Virus record (IMG/VR): IMGVR_UViG_3300045988_054859
Reading direction: 5' to 3' (one strand)
Source of the DNA: a virus
Length of the DNA: 61,533 nt
How positions within the stretch are numbered: position 1 is the first letter of the stretch; every line of letters starts with the position of its first letter. Positions 31,609-41,613 of the stretch are shown piece after piece. Both the position numbers and the translations under genes were made by a program. Under the pieces are notes generated by a model. It was given only the letters and a program-made list of their open reading frames with translations. It was not told the DNA's origin and did no database searches.

Positions 31609-32685
31609 TTAGATAGATGCCAGACCGGTCACAATGGCCGTTGCGTCCAGCTCCTCAACCAGCGTATCGAAGTCGAAATGCACGACATAGAAACGCTTGT
31701 CCTGATAGATGGCCTCCGGGCCCTCGGTGGTCTTGCGGATGACAACGCCGTAGGAGTTGACGACGACCAGATTCTTCGGGTCGGTCAGCATAATAACGTC
31801 GTCGGGCAGGGCCGGGACCTCGATGACGGGAACGCTGGCGGGATTCTCGACGCGCTTGTCGGTGATGATGCCGCCTGCGGTGACTGCCTGATTCAGGATG
31901 TAGCGCTCCCACTCCTGACGGCGGTGGGGGGACATCAGCCAGCGGAGAGTGCCGTTGTTGAACTTGTCGGGAACTGCGCGCAGGCCCTTGTAGAACACAT
32001 CCAGAACCATTGCGCCGGAGTTGATGCCGGACACATCGACAACGTGGCCGCCCTCCTTGAACTGCTTGACCCAGCCGTCGTTCACCTTGAGGAAGTCGGC
32101 GTCATCGACAGTACCCAGCTCGGTGGCCTCGCCTGCGTCAAATGCGCCTGCGGTGTGGGCTGCGGTGTACTGGTAGACCTTCTTGTTGTATGCGACGAGG
32201 TCGCCAATAGCGTAGGTCTCAGAGGAGCTGAACTCCTTGACCTTGGCATACCGTTCGTCGCCGTTCAGGCACAGGTCCTCGCGGTCGCAGCCAATCTGAC
32301 GGGTCATCAGGTTGGTGACGATGGTCTCGTAGTTGGAGCCCTCGATGTTTTCGCGCAGGGTCTCCTCAGTGATTTCCCACGGCAGACGGACAGGGGTGCA
32401 AGCGTATTCCAGCTTGCCATGCTTCACGCCGGAGCGGTAGCCGTCGTCGGTGTCCTCGGTCTTTTTGCGCAGCAGACGGCGGCCGACGCCAATCTTGTCG
32501 ATTTCGCCGGTCTTTGCGGAGCGCAGCTCGTGGCGGACGAGGCCGCTCAGCGGAGTGGCCTCAAAGGTCTGCTGAATGAACTTCTTCGCCTGCTCCGGTT
32601 TCAGTGCGCCGCCAGCGGCCAGACCGGCGGTGGTGATGGTCTGGCCTGCTGCGTTCACGATTGCCTTATTGCTTCTCATGGTCAT
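31609..32685 (-). CDS. Major capsid protein (HK97-fold type, 358 aa)
   Basis: Size, position after the protease/scaffold gene, and general HK97-like pattern. Confidence 0.75.
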   Translation of the reverse strand: MTMRSNKAIVNAAGQTITTAGLAAGGALKPEQAKKFIQQTFEATPLSGLVRHELRSAKTGEIDKIGVGRRLLRKKTEDTDDGYRSGVKHGKLEYACTPVRLPWEITEETLRENIEGSNYETIVTNLMTRQIGCDREDLCLNGDERYAKVKEFSSSETYAIGDLVAYNKKVYQYTAAHTAGAFDAGEATELGTVDDADFLKVNDGWVKQFKEGGHVVDVSGINSGAMVLDVFYKGLRAVPDKFNNGTLRWLMSPHRRQEWERYILNQAVTAGGIITDKRVENPASVPVIEVPALPDDVIMLTDPKNLVVVNSYGVVIRKTTEGPEAIYQDKRFYVVHFDFDTLVEELDATAIVTGLASI

Positions 32686-32700
32686 AGTGCTTGTTCCTCC

Positions 32701-34023
32701 TTACAGGATACCAGCGAGATAGTGCGGCTCGGACTTCTCGACAGGGTCCTCCGGGTCGCCATCATCGTTCAGGTTGGTCGGCAGGCCTGCGGCCTTGCGG
32801 ACGGGTGCGACAGCCTTGGCAACGGCCTTTGCGACGACGTCTGCAACATTCTCGGCGGTCAGCAGCTCCGGGGCCTTTTCGGGCTCCTCCTGCTGGCCGA
32901 GAGCCTTTGCGACGGCTGCCTCGACCATCTTGCCGACGGTCTCGACGGTCAGGCCTGCGGGCTCTGCTGCCGGTTCTGCAGCTTTCTGGACGGGGTCAGT
33001 CGCGGGCTTCTGCTGGGCTTCCAGTGCCTTGGCGACGGCTGCCGCCACGGTATCTTCGATTTCTTTCTTGGTCACTTCGGTTTCCTCCTGTTCTTCTTCG
33101 GGGAATTTATCGAGGAACTCCCCGAGGTTTGTGTAGATGGACTGCAACGTGCTGCGGTTGGCTTTGCTCATGGCCTTGCCAGCCTTGATGACGGCGCAGC
33201 TTTCGAGCGATTTCGCAACGGGCTGTCCTTTGGTGAGCAGCTCGGTGACGATGTTGTTGAAGTCGTTCAGGGCGTTGCGGATGGTCTCCTCGTCCGACGC
33301 GAACTCCCAACGGTCATTCACCCAGTTGTACCGGTACAGAACGTCGTTGAGTGCGTAGAACGCGGTCCAGAAGTTGTCGCTCTGGATGCGCTTGGTGTAG
33401 TTGTCGGCAACTTCGCCTTTCTCGACAACATCAAAGCCGAGGGCAGCGGCCATCTTCTTGAAGATGCCGCGCATACCCTTTTCGGGCTGCTCCTCCGCCT
33501 TTGCCACTCCGTCATCGGGCAGCGGGTCGTCCTCGTCGCTGTACTTGCCGACGCCGCCCATGGAAAAGCCGGTGATTTCGCCTTTCTGGACTTTCTCGAA
33601 AATATCCGGGTCGTCCACCTCGACGGTCATCATCCATGTGCCTTTCTTGATGGCCTGCTCTCCGACGCTCATATCGCAAGGCGCAACATAGCTCTCGACG
33701 ACGGCTGCCTTTTCGAGCGGCTCGAACGAGTGCTGCACATCCACCTGATTGCCGTTCTTGGCGAACCAGTACGCGGCCTTGGTGATTTCCTGCTCCGTCA
33801 TGTAATTGCCGTGGGCGTCCTCTGTGAGGGGCTCATAGACAATGCCGGTGATGTAGTGGCTATCAGCATCCGCGTTGACGATTCGGCCGTAAGAAGCAAA
33901 AGAGGCGGAGCCGTGCTCCGCCTTGGTGATAAGAAACTGTTTCTTGTTGGCCGCCTTGTCTACGAGGCTGACAAAAGAAATCTTTGCATCTGTGATGGCG
34001 TATGCTTTCTCGATTTTGCTCAT
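32701..34023 (-). CDS. XkdF-like prohead protease fused to a scaffold-like C-terminal region (440 aa)
   Basis: The N-terminus ISFVSLVDKAANKKQFLI...GIVYEPLTEDAHGNYMT...GFSMGG matches the XkdF family. The C-terminal half is Ala/Glu/Lys-rich and helical. Confidence 0.7.
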   Translation of the reverse strand: MSKIEKAYAITDAKISFVSLVDKAANKKQFLITKAEHGSASFASYGRIVNADADSHYITGIVYEPLTEDAHGNYMTEQEITKAAYWFAKNGNQVDVQHSFEPLEKAAVVESYVAPCDMSVGEQAIKKGTWMMTVEVDDPDIFEKVQKGEITGFSMGGVGKYSDEDDPLPDDGVAKAEEQPEKGMRGIFKKMAAALGFDVVEKGEVADNYTKRIQSDNFWTAFYALNDVLYRYNWVNDRWEFASDEETIRNALNDFNNIVTELLTKGQPVAKSLESCAVIKAGKAMSKANRSTLQSIYTNLGEFLDKFPEEEQEETEVTKKEIEDTVAAAVAKALEAQQKPATDPVQKAAEPAAEPAGLTVETVGKMVEAAVAKALGQQEEPEKAPELLTAENVADVVAKAVAKAVAPVRKAAGLPTNLNDDGDPEDPVEKSEPHYLAGIL

Positions 34024-34049
34024 GGTTTTCTCACCTCCTCTCTACGCCA

Positions 34050-34361
34050 CTAGGTAGGGCGTCTAATGGTCGGCCATGTGTCCTTGCCGCTGCGCTCAAG
34101 GAGTGCAACGTCAAAGGGCTTGCGGCCTATATCCTCAAGCGATGAATAGAACCAAACGACCATATCATCGCACTGGGGCTCGTCTACGATGGAGAAGATG
34201 CGCCGGAGCTCGTCCTCCGGTGCGTCTGCCGGTGCTGCGCACCACTTGACGATGCGCAGCCTCCCGGGGAGCTGGTATCTCTCGACCCGCTCCACATGGT
34301 ACTTAGGCTTAAAAAGGCGGCGAATAATCGCCGAAACGATGCGGTCAAGTGCTTTCCACAT
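34050..34361 (-). CDS. Hypothetical protein (103 aa)
   Basis: GGAGGAGG RBS precedes the ATG at 34361. Confidence 0.5.
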   Translation of the reverse strand: MWKALDRIVSAIIRRLFKPKYHVERVERYQLPGRLRIVKWCAAPADAPEDELRRIFSIVDEPQCDDMVVWFYSSLEDIGRKPFDVALLERSGKDTWPTIRRPT

Positions 34362-34581
34362 GGGGCTCCTCCTCCGGCATAATGATTTTGACGTTGGGGT
34401 TCTCAATCAGAGCCTCAATCTCGGATAAATCGGCTCCGAATGCAATCCGTAATTCAAGCGTTGCGGGCTGTCCTGCGTCATGGTGCAGGGTGTACCCGTT
34501 TACGATGCTCGCCAGCTCGATGCCGTCGATTTTGAGACTAGGCCACTTTCCAACTCGGGCTTCGTCGATGGTAACTTTCAT
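34345..34581 (-). CDS. Hypothetical protein (78 aa)
   Basis: ATGA coupling to the upstream gene and a GAGGAGG RBS. Confidence 0.5.
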   Translation of the reverse strand: MKVTIDEARVGKWPSLKIDGIELASIVNGYTLHHDAGQPATLELRIAFGADLSEIEALIENPNVKIIMPEEEPHVEST

Positions 34582-35558
34582 GTGTAGTCCTCCTCGTTGA
34601 TGCCTGCGCGCGCCTTGTTCTGCGCGTCGAGTTCTTTCTCCCACTCGCCGTCGTCCTCCGCGATGGCCTGCGCTTGGAGGGCCTGCCGCTCCTCAAGGGA
34701 GAGACCGAGCACCTCCTCACTAACTACCGGCTGCAAAAGGCAATGGCAGTTGACGCTCTCTCTCGGCGGCAAACAGACGTCTCGCGGGGTCATGGGGTAG
34801 TAGGTATTTCCGTCAGCTCCAATCAGGGTGAACGGCTGCCCTTTTGGGACGCGAACGCCGTCCATATCCACATGGTTCTGTCTCGGGTCGTTCCGGTATG
34901 CTCCGGTGTGTTTCCACATCTTCTCCTCGACGGCCGGGCTCTGGATGTAGCTTTCGAGCTGCGCATAGCCGTGCGCCCGGAGCACCTCCGTCAGGGCCAC
35001 GCGCCGCGCGCGGTAGCCCGGGGAGCGGATGCCGCTGTCTGCAATGATGTTTGCGACGTCGTTGATGCCCTTGCCGTCGTTCAGGCCCTTTTTCAGGACT
35101 GCCTCGATTTCGGTCTCGGTGTCCAGCTTCATAATGTCGGCGAGGTCGCTGCTCCACGAGCTTATCCAATCGGTTGTCCGCTTGGTGAGCTTCGTAACGG
35201 TGAGCTCTGCATCCGTTTTCTGGACGTAAGCCTCAACATACGTCGGCATGATGGTGGAAAACTGAGTATGGAAAACATCGAAAAGGTCCTGCGACAGCTT
35301 GCTCTTGTTCTTGAACTTCGGCCAGTTGTCCTTGAAGAAAGTTTCAAGGTCGATGGCGTCCGCCAGCTCCTTGAGCAGGTCGTCGGCGTTGTCCTCGAGG
35401 AGCTTCGTCACGACCTCCTCGATTTCGTCCACGGTGTTCAGGCTCTCTTTTGCCTTGAGGTATCCCTCCATCGTGAGCTGCTCGTACAGGTCGTTTTCTG
35501 CTTTGGCGAGGTATGCGTCGATGGCCTTGATTAGGGGTCCGCAGCGTAAGCACTTCAC
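34578..35558 (-). CDS. Minor head protein, SPP1 gp7 / Mu F-like (326 aa)
   Basis: The C-terminus RNDPRQNHVDMDGVRV...PPRESVNCHCLLQPV is typical of the family. Follows the portal gene. Confidence 0.7.
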   Translation of the reverse strand: MKCLRCGPLIKAIDAYLAKAENDLYEQLTMEGYLKAKESLNTVDEIEEVVTKLLEDNADDLLKELADAIDLETFFKDNWPKFKNKSKLSQDLFDVFHTQFSTIMPTYVEAYVQKTDAELTVTKLTKRTTDWISSWSSDLADIMKLDTETEIEAVLKKGLNDGKGINDVANIIADSGIRSPGYRARRVALTEVLRAHGYAQLESYIQSPAVEEKMWKHTGAYRNDPRQNHVDMDGVRVPKGQPFTLIGADGNTYYPMTPRDVCLPPRESVNCHCLLQPVVSEEVLGLSLEERQALQAQAIAEDDGEWEKELDAQNKARAGINEEDYT

Positions 35559-37258
35559 TCCGCGTCGCCCTCCTCCTGTTTCATGTCAGCCAGCAGGCGG
35601 CGGACCTCTTTCATCACGGCGACGAGCTCCGTCTCATTAGCGGCTGCCGCTTTCTGAATCTGGCCGTCGAGCTGTTCCTCTACGCTAGGCCCGCCCTGCT
35701 GGGCGTTCTGTGCGGGCTTTGTCTCCGGTTGTGTGTTTTTCTTGCCAGCGTCAGAACCGACATTCTGCGCCACGCTGGGGCCGTTTCCAGCCACGGTGAT
35801 GGCTGCGGCCCGCTGCTGTGCGTTGGTAAACGCCAGCGGAATGTCGCCCCACTCCTCGGGGAAGTCCTCCGAGGTCTCGCCGAGGGCCTTGTACAGGACG
35901 CTCTTTGCCTTGTTCGGGGTGAGGCCGCCAGCGTTGTTGCAGACGGTCAGCAGCTTGTACAGGTCGTCCGGGTTGGAAACGTCCGGCGCGCGGAAGAACA
36001 CCTCGACGTACTTGAACTGATAGCAGTTGAGCAGCCTGTTGTTGATGGCCCACGCCAGACGCCGCCGCTCCGGCTGGAATACCTGTTTCTCGGTCACTTC
36101 CATGGCGGTCTGCGCGGTGGCGCGGTTGAAGTCCGTCGTGTATCCGGTGTACAGGTCCGGGAGCTGGAACGCGCTCTGCACCTTCCGCCGGTTGTTTTCG
36201 AGGTAGTCTTGGAAAAGCTCGTCCTTTTGCAGGATAGCTGCAAGGTCCTTGACCTCGACCTCCGGCCGGTTCTCGGCGTTGAATCCGGTGCGGTTGTCTG
36301 CCGCCTCCGTTTCCAGAACCATAAAACTGTGCTGGCCCGCCTCGCCTCGGATGCCGTTCATGTACTCCTTGAGCTTGGCGAAACTATCGTCCGTCAGGCT
36401 GCCGCCTTTCACCATAATCAGCAACGGGGTGTGTCGGCCGTTCAGGAAATAGTTATTGTTGAGGCTCTCCGCTCTCCGGGCCCCATCTACGGTAAGGATG
36501 GAACCAACCCACCGGACCTTGCCGTATGTTGCGGTCCCGATGGCGAACTCGATTATTTCGTTGGCGCGGCTCTTGAACTCGAGCTCGGTGACGTACTCTC
36601 CGCTCGTCGGGTCCATGATTCGCGGGTCTCCGAACTCCTTGTAGTAGACCGTCTTGCCGTTGACGGTCTGCTTATACTTGCGGAACTTCCTCATGCGGTT
36701 CTCGGTGTGGTCCCGGTGGAAATACGTCACCTCGACGCGCGGGTCCAGCCTCCGGCTCTTTTCCACGCTGGGGGTGTCCTCGATGAACTCGAGCTGTATG
36801 ACGTTCCCGTCCATATCCCGGATGACCTCTGCGTATGCGCAGCCGTAGGTTTCCCGGGCCTCCACGATGTCCTCAAAGAGCTCATTGCTCTCCTGCTCCA
36901 TGTTGAGCATCTCGACGACCTCCGCCGCCCGGTCCCATTCCGCTTTCATCTCCGGGGTTTCGTCCGCGTCCGCAAAGTCGTCTTTGTACCGGATGTCGAT
37001 GCCAAATCCGGCGATGTTTGACTTGTAGGCCCGGATGCACTGCGGGAGTATGGTGCTTTCGTCCACCATCTTGGAAAGCCCTCGGAGGTCGAACGGCGGC
37101 TTTGTCCAAATACCTGCCGTGCACGCCTCCTCCGGCGAGATTTGCAGGGAGCCGTCTGCTTTGGCGATGGGCTTCATCCCGCCGCGCTGCTCCGGGTCGT
37201 CCGCTTTAACGATGCGGACGTTTACCCGCTGCTGGGCGGGCTGCTTCTTGTCGCTCAC
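35555..37258 (-). CDS. Portal protein (567 aa)
   Basis: Size and position after terL. Pattern resembles PBSX-type portals. Confidence 0.8.
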   Translation of the reverse strand: MSDKKQPAQQRVNVRIVKADDPEQRGGMKPIAKADGSLQISPEEACTAGIWTKPPFDLRGLSKMVDESTILPQCIRAYKSNIAGFGIDIRYKDDFADADETPEMKAEWDRAAEVVEMLNMEQESNELFEDIVEARETYGCAYAEVIRDMDGNVIQLEFIEDTPSVEKSRRLDPRVEVTYFHRDHTENRMRKFRKYKQTVNGKTVYYKEFGDPRIMDPTSGEYVTELEFKSRANEIIEFAIGTATYGKVRWVGSILTVDGARRAESLNNNYFLNGRHTPLLIMVKGGSLTDDSFAKLKEYMNGIRGEAGQHSFMVLETEAADNRTGFNAENRPEVEVKDLAAILQKDELFQDYLENNRRKVQSAFQLPDLYTGYTTDFNRATAQTAMEVTEKQVFQPERRRLAWAINNRLLNCYQFKYVEVFFRAPDVSNPDDLYKLLTVCNNAGGLTPNKAKSVLYKALGETSEDFPEEWGDIPLAFTNAQQRAAAITVAGNGPSVAQNVGSDAGKKNTQPETKPAQNAQQGGPSVEEQLDGQIQKAAAANETELVAVMKEVRRLLADMKQEEGDAE

Positions 37259-38652
37259 TTCTTAACGTCTCCTCTCCTCTTGGGTTTGACCGGCAGGCAC
37301 AACAGGAGGATGCAGTCGGCCTCGTCGGGCGAGTGCATCCCGCGCTTTTTCATGGCGTCCTTGCTCTCCACGCGGATTTTGGCGTCGTCGGTCATGGAAT
37401 ACTTTCGTGTGGAAAGCTGGCCGACGAGGTCGTTATCGTTCGGGAGAATGAGCTGGACGGGCTTCTGTGCGCCCTCCGGCGTCTGCGGTGCAAGTAGATT
37501 CTTTACGACGCTCATCATGTAGGTGGTGCTATCGTAGTAAAAGTCATGGTGTATGCGCTGGCCGAAGTAAACGGGGATAATATCCATCCACCAGAACCGC
37601 TCCGGCTGCTCGCGCTTTACGCGCCGCAGACGGTCCGTGACGCCGCCGCCGAGGCCGCTGTCGTCTATCTTGATGGGGATAGCCTTGTCGAACCGGTACT
37701 TTTCCATGAGCTTTAGGCCGAGCTCCATGATGTCGTCGGCCGTCTGCATAAGGTCCTGCCCACTCTTTCGCTTGTAGAACATGGCCTTTTCGTCCACCTT
37801 GTAACCGATTACGGTGCGGTCGTCACCATAGCGGGCAACGTCGCAGCCGATGTCGATGCGGGCGGGCTTTGTCGGTTCCGTCCACTCGGTCATAATGGAT
37901 TTTTCGACTAGCGGCAGAGGGATGAAAACATCGTTCTCCTGCCGGGGGAACTCTCCGGCGACACGAACACGGAAAACGTCCGAATCCTCGCCGTACATCT
38001 GGATGATGGTTTTGACGAAGTCGTCCGAGACGCGGCTGCTGTTCCGGCCATCAACATGGAATGTGGTGTAGCTGCCTCTGTTCTTATGGTGGCTGTCATA
38101 AAAAAAGCCCGACAACTGTGTCGGGTTTCCGCACATGAGCAGCCGCGCTCCGGGCGTCGAAAGTGCGCCCAGCACCGGCTCGAACACCTTGTCGTCCACG
38201 CCGCTGGCCTCGTCGATGATGTAGAGGATGTCGTCAGCGTGGAATCCCTGCAGGGCGTCCGGCTTGCTGGCCGTTCGGGCCACAGCGAACCACTCCTCGG
38301 GGTACTGCTTCATGTAGACCTTTTCCTTTGTCCACATCAGCTCCCGCTCGAGGGCTTTATTGTTGCGCAGCCACTTGCTTATTTCCGCCCACAGAATATC
38401 GAATAGCTGATGCTGCGTCGGGGCCGTGCAAGGGATTTTGGGAAATGGCCGGGTTGACATAAACCAGATAACGGTCCACGCCTCGACCGCGCTCTTGCCG
38501 ATGCCGTGGCCGCTGCGGACGCTCGTCATCTGATTCTTTGCCACAGAATCCAATATGGCGCGCTGGTTCTTGTCCGGCGTAACGTGGAGCAGGTCCTCGA
38601 CAAAATCAGCCGGGTTGTCTGCGTAGTACAGGATAGCCTCTTGGGTCATCAC
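37255..38652 (-). CDS. terL: Terminase large subunit (465 aa)
   Basis: Walker A-like RSGHGIGKS, a downstream acidic Walker B (LYIIDEASGV), and a C-terminal nuclease-like region. Confidence 0.85.
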   Translation of the reverse strand: MMTQEAILYYADNPADFVEDLLHVTPDKNQRAILDSVAKNQMTSVRSGHGIGKSAVEAWTVIWFMSTRPFPKIPCTAPTQHQLFDILWAEISKWLRNNKALERELMWTKEKVYMKQYPEEWFAVARTASKPDALQGFHADDILYIIDEASGVDDKVFEPVLGALSTPGARLLMCGNPTQLSGFFYDSHHKNRGSYTTFHVDGRNSSRVSDDFVKTIIQMYGEDSDVFRVRVAGEFPRQENDVFIPLPLVEKSIMTEWTEPTKPARIDIGCDVARYGDDRTVIGYKVDEKAMFYKRKSGQDLMQTADDIMELGLKLMEKYRFDKAIPIKIDDSGLGGGVTDRLRRVKREQPERFWWMDIIPVYFGQRIHHDFYYDSTTYMMSVVKNLLAPQTPEGAQKPVQLILPNDNDLVGQLSTRKYSMTDDAKIRVESKDAMKKRGMHSPDEADCILLLCLPVKPKRRGDVKK

Positions 38653-39167
38653 GTCTGTTCTCCTCGTTTCCGGTTCTCGTATGCGGCCGCGATTTCATCG
38701 GCGAGGGAGAGCGTTGTTTCCTCCTGCTCCTCCGCCGTCTTGCCTCCGGCCGTGACGCCTGCCTCCTCCATCCGGTTATCCCGCTCAAGCTCTGTGGCCT
38801 TGTCGAGGAACTGGATAATGTCCTTTGGCGTCATCGACCCGTCCGGCAGATTCTTGAGCTCCGCGAGGGCTTTCTCTTGGAGCTGCAAGGCGATGCCGAT
38901 GTGGCGGGTCCTCATTTTTTTGTACTTTCGGAGTGCCTCTTGTCGGGCTACGTCATCCAAATGGTTGTCATACGCTCGGCAGCGTTCTCCCCACTTTTTC
39001 TCGCGGCTCCAACGCTTGATAAGCGTGTCACTCTTGGATAACTGTTCGGCAACGACCCGTAGGCTCCTGTTTGAGCCCATGTCTCGGTAGATGGCAAATG
39101 CCTCGTAGGCCTGCGCGCTTTCGCCCGGTTGACGCTCCCAAAGGTCGTCTTTGGTCCTATTCGGCAT
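38649..39167 (-). CDS. terS: Terminase small subunit (172 aa)
   Basis: Contains ESAQAYEAFAIYRDMGSNRSLRVVAEQL (HTH typical of Firmicute-phage terS). GGAGAGGAGG RBS. Overlaps the terL start. Confidence 0.7.
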   Translation of the reverse strand: MPNRTKDDLWERQPGESAQAYEAFAIYRDMGSNRSLRVVAEQLSKSDTLIKRWSREKKWGERCRAYDNHLDDVARQEALRKYKKMRTRHIGIALQLQEKALAELKNLPDGSMTPKDIIQFLDKATELERDNRMEEAGVTAGGKTAEEQEETTLSLADEIAAAYENRKRGEQT

Positions 39168-39186
39168 TGTCCTCCTCTCCTCACTT

Positions 39187-40032
39187 TCAGCTCTGTCCCG
39201 GGCTGCGAGGCTCCGCGCCCGTAATCCAGAATAGGGTGCTTTCCGGTGCGATGCCGGAGCTTCTAAACCACTGCATCGTCTTTGCCTCGTAATGAGGATG
39301 CAGGCGAATGCCCCCCCATGTAGCCGCTGCGGACTTCTCATAGACGAATCCGGGGCTGTGGAAAAGGTCGTGGTACTCAAACTCTCGGTCTGCGCCGTAC
39401 TTTTTGAGGGTCTCATGGATGAATCCGCGCCGGTCCGGGGCCGTGGCTACGAGGTGCATCCTCTTGACCCGTTTCCCGTACCTGTGCAGTCCTATCATCA
39501 CGCCGGTGGCGGTGATGCCGCTGCCGCAGGTCATCACGAGGTTTTCTATATCGTCCGGGAGGTTCTCTGTCTGCGCCGCAACTGCGGTTAGCAGCGTGTC
39601 GCCGTACCCGATGATATTGATGCCGTACTGGACAATAAAGCTGTTTTCCTGCGCCGCCAGCTCTTTTGCGCGGGCGTGTAAAATGCTGTGGCGGCCGGAA
39701 CGTGCTGCGAGCACTATGGACGCCCCATATTTCATCGCCAGCCGGGGCATAGGCAGAGCCGCAACGCTCTCCCGGGTGGTTCCGCCGTACACGATTCTGC
39801 ACGGCATCCCGTTTGCCCGGGCAACCGCTGCGGTGATGGGTGCTTGCGGGGAGTGGATGCTGCAATACGTCAGCAGGCTCTTGTAGTCCTTCTTGACGCT
39901 GTTCACCAGCATCACGCATTGCCGGAGCTTTCCTCCGTTCACCTCTCCGGGGCCAAACGGGGCATAAAGGTCGTCCCGCTTGATGTGCAGCCCGTCCACC
40001 TCCTGAACCGGCGTCAGGCTGTACTCATTCAT
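39187..40032 (-). CDS. Fold-type-II PLP-dependent enzyme, ACC-deaminase/D-cysteine-desulfhydrase-like (281 aa; an alternative TTG start lies at 40074)
   Basis: Contains LHIKRDDLYAPFG...NGGKLRQ (the family signature is KRDDL...GNKxRKL). A glycine-rich TCGSGITATG loop is also present. The ATG at 40032 overlaps the upstream stop codon. Confidence 0.65.
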   Translation of the reverse strand: MNEYSLTPVQEVDGLHIKRDDLYAPFGPGEVNGGKLRQCVMLVNSVKKDYKSLLTYCSIHSPQAPITAAVARANGMPCRIVYGGTTRESVAALPMPRLAMKYGASIVLAARSGRHSILHARAKELAAQENSFIVQYGINIIGYGDTLLTAVAAQTENLPDDIENLVMTCGSGITATGVMIGLHRYGKRVKRMHLVATAPDRRGFIHETLKKYGADREFEYHDLFHSPGFVYEKSAAATWGGIRLHPHYEAKTMQWFRSSGIAPESTLFWITGAEPRSPGQS

Positions 40033-41044
40033 CCAGTCCAAACACCTTTCTGTGGTAGTCGGTCTTTTTGGCAAGCTCCTCCTGCATCAGGCCGTAAAAG
40101 CTCTGCTTTGCAATTTTGCGCCCGCTGCCCGCGCTCTGGTTCAGCGTCTTGAACGGTCCGCCCGTCCCGACTTCTTTCATCTTTTCCGTCGGCTCCGGGT
40201 TCTTGCCGTTCATCAGCATACAGAGGTTATACTCGTTCGGCCGGAATCCGGGCAGGCCGTCGATGCCGCAGCAAGTCATGCTGTCGCCCATTGCGCGGAG
40301 CCTGTTCTCGCCGCTGTAGAATTTCAGGCCGTACCGATGGCACTCCGCCTTGATGGCTTCAAAATCGTGCCGGAGGCGGGGCAGCGGATAGCAGAAGTCA
40401 CCGCCGATTTTCGTCATGCCGGGTTTGGCCTTAAAGAACTTCATGCCCTCCACGATGACGCCGTAGGCTCCTGCCTCCGCGATGCGAGGGATGTTCTTCA
40501 TAACGTCATGGAACACCTCGGGCATATACGGCTGGATGCGGACGATGGTGCGCTGCACTCTGGCCGATACCGTCTTGAGGATGGCGAGCCGCTCCTCGTA
40601 GCTGGGCGTCCCGCGTTCGAGGCGGTCGTACTTGCTGCACACCATGCTGATTTGCAGCACACAGTTGCACTGTGCCAGCAGGTCGAGGTACTCCGGGTCC
40701 GCAATGAGGCGGCCCTTTGTGCTCACCACAAACGGATATTTCGTCTCCGCCAGCAGCTTGAGGCATTCGTAGCTGGCGCGAATCTGCTTTTCGACCGGCT
40801 GGAACGGGTCACTCATGCCTCCCCAGTGGATAGGGATGTTCCAGTCGCACCACTCCGTTTCGTTGCCGCGCTTGCCCTCGATAAAGGAGCGCAGGCCGTC
40901 TACGCTTTCGTCGCGCTCGATGTGGCTAATGTCGTTCTTCTTCTGTGCGAAGCAGTACCGGCAGCCGTGTGAGCAGCCGCGATAGGTGTCGAAACGCACA
41001 GGAAGGTTACAGAGAATAATCTGGCTCCCGCATTTGCAGCCCAT
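40025..41044 (-). CDS. Radical SAM enzyme, spore-photoproduct-lyase/'DNA repair photolyase' (COG1533)-like (339 aa)
   Basis: CxxxCxxC cluster in the context YRGCSHGCRYCFA near the N-terminus, followed by a TIM-barrel-length body. TAATG coupling to the upstream gene. Confidence 0.7.
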   Translation of the reverse strand: MGCKCGSQIILCNLPVRFDTYRGCSHGCRYCFAQKKNDISHIERDESVDGLRSFIEGKRGNETEWCDWNIPIHWGGMSDPFQPVEKQIRASYECLKLLAETKYPFVVSTKGRLIADPEYLDLLAQCNCVLQISMVCSKYDRLERGTPSYEERLAILKTVSARVQRTIVRIQPYMPEVFHDVMKNIPRIAEAGAYGVIVEGMKFFKAKPGMTKIGGDFCYPLPRLRHDFEAIKAECHRYGLKFYSGENRLRAMGDSMTCCGIDGLPGFRPNEYNLCMLMNGKNPEPTEKMKEVGTGGPFKTLNQSAGSGRKIAKQSFYGLMQEELAKKTDYHRKVFGLDE

Positions 41045-41613
41045 TAAATCTCACCTCTAATCTTCTGGACGATGACGGCAACAAGGTCCTCTTTGCCGTT
41101 GTCCTTTATGTACTCTTTCAGGACGTCGCGGTCCTCCGCGCTAAACTTGAGCGAGATGTTGAACGTCTCCTCAATGCTCTTGAGCTCGCTGTCGAGGAAG
41201 TCGCCGTCCACGAGGGCGTCCACGTTGTTCTCAAGGGCCTCGATTTCGTACAGGTCGAATCCCGTCTCCGGGGCTGCGTCTCCAAGGCCGTCCAGCAGCT
41301 CCTTGAGCTTTACCTCGTCCCATTCGCCGGTCACTTTGTTCATAGCGATGTTGAGCTGCTTTTCTGCGGTCTCGTCGAGGTCCACCACGGACACGTCCAC
41401 CTCGGTTACGCCCTCGTTCATAAGGACGGTGAGCCTCTGGTGGCCGGACACGACGCGGTTGGTGCGCCTGTTCCAAATGACAGGGACGACCATGCCGAAC
41501 CGCTCAATGTTCCGCTTGAGCTTCTCGTACTCGTCATCACCGGGCATCAGCTCCACGCGAGGGTTGTACTCCGCGCGCTCCATGTCGGTGATTCTTTTTT
41601 TGATAATTTCCAT
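41044..41613 (-). CDS. ParB/Srx-fold N-domain protein, paralog 2 (189 aa)
   Basis: Contains YNPRVE...RNIERFGMVVPVIWNRRTNRVVSGHQRL...NIAMNKVTGEWD...TGFDLYEIE. This is the ParB module usually fused to phage DNA methyltransferases, but no MTase domain is present. Confidence 0.7.
   Translation of the reverse strand: MEIIKKRITDMERAEYNPRVELMPGDDEYEKLKRNIERFGMVVPVIWNRRTNRVVSGHQRLTVLMNEGVTEVDVSVVDLDETAEKQLNIAMNKVTGEWDEVKLKELLDGLGDAAPETGFDLYEIEALENNVDALVDGDFLDSELKSIEETFNISLKFSAEDRDVLKEYIKDNGKEDLVAVIVQKIRGEI

Noticed and set aside
39311-39317. The C7 run inside the PLP-enzyme gene as a fourth contingency tract.
   Set aside because: Seven nucleotides is within the range expected by chance in GC-rich DNA and below the usual threshold for efficient slippage. 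The frame is intact.
40033-40074. The TTG start at 40074 for the PLP enzyme (N-terminal extension MPKRPTTTERCLDW).
   Set aside because: The AGGAGG is only about 3 nt from the TTG, and the extension would overlap 50 nt of the radical-SAM gene. The ATG at 40032, overlapping the upstream stop, fits the coupling pattern of the cassette. The choice remains uncertain.
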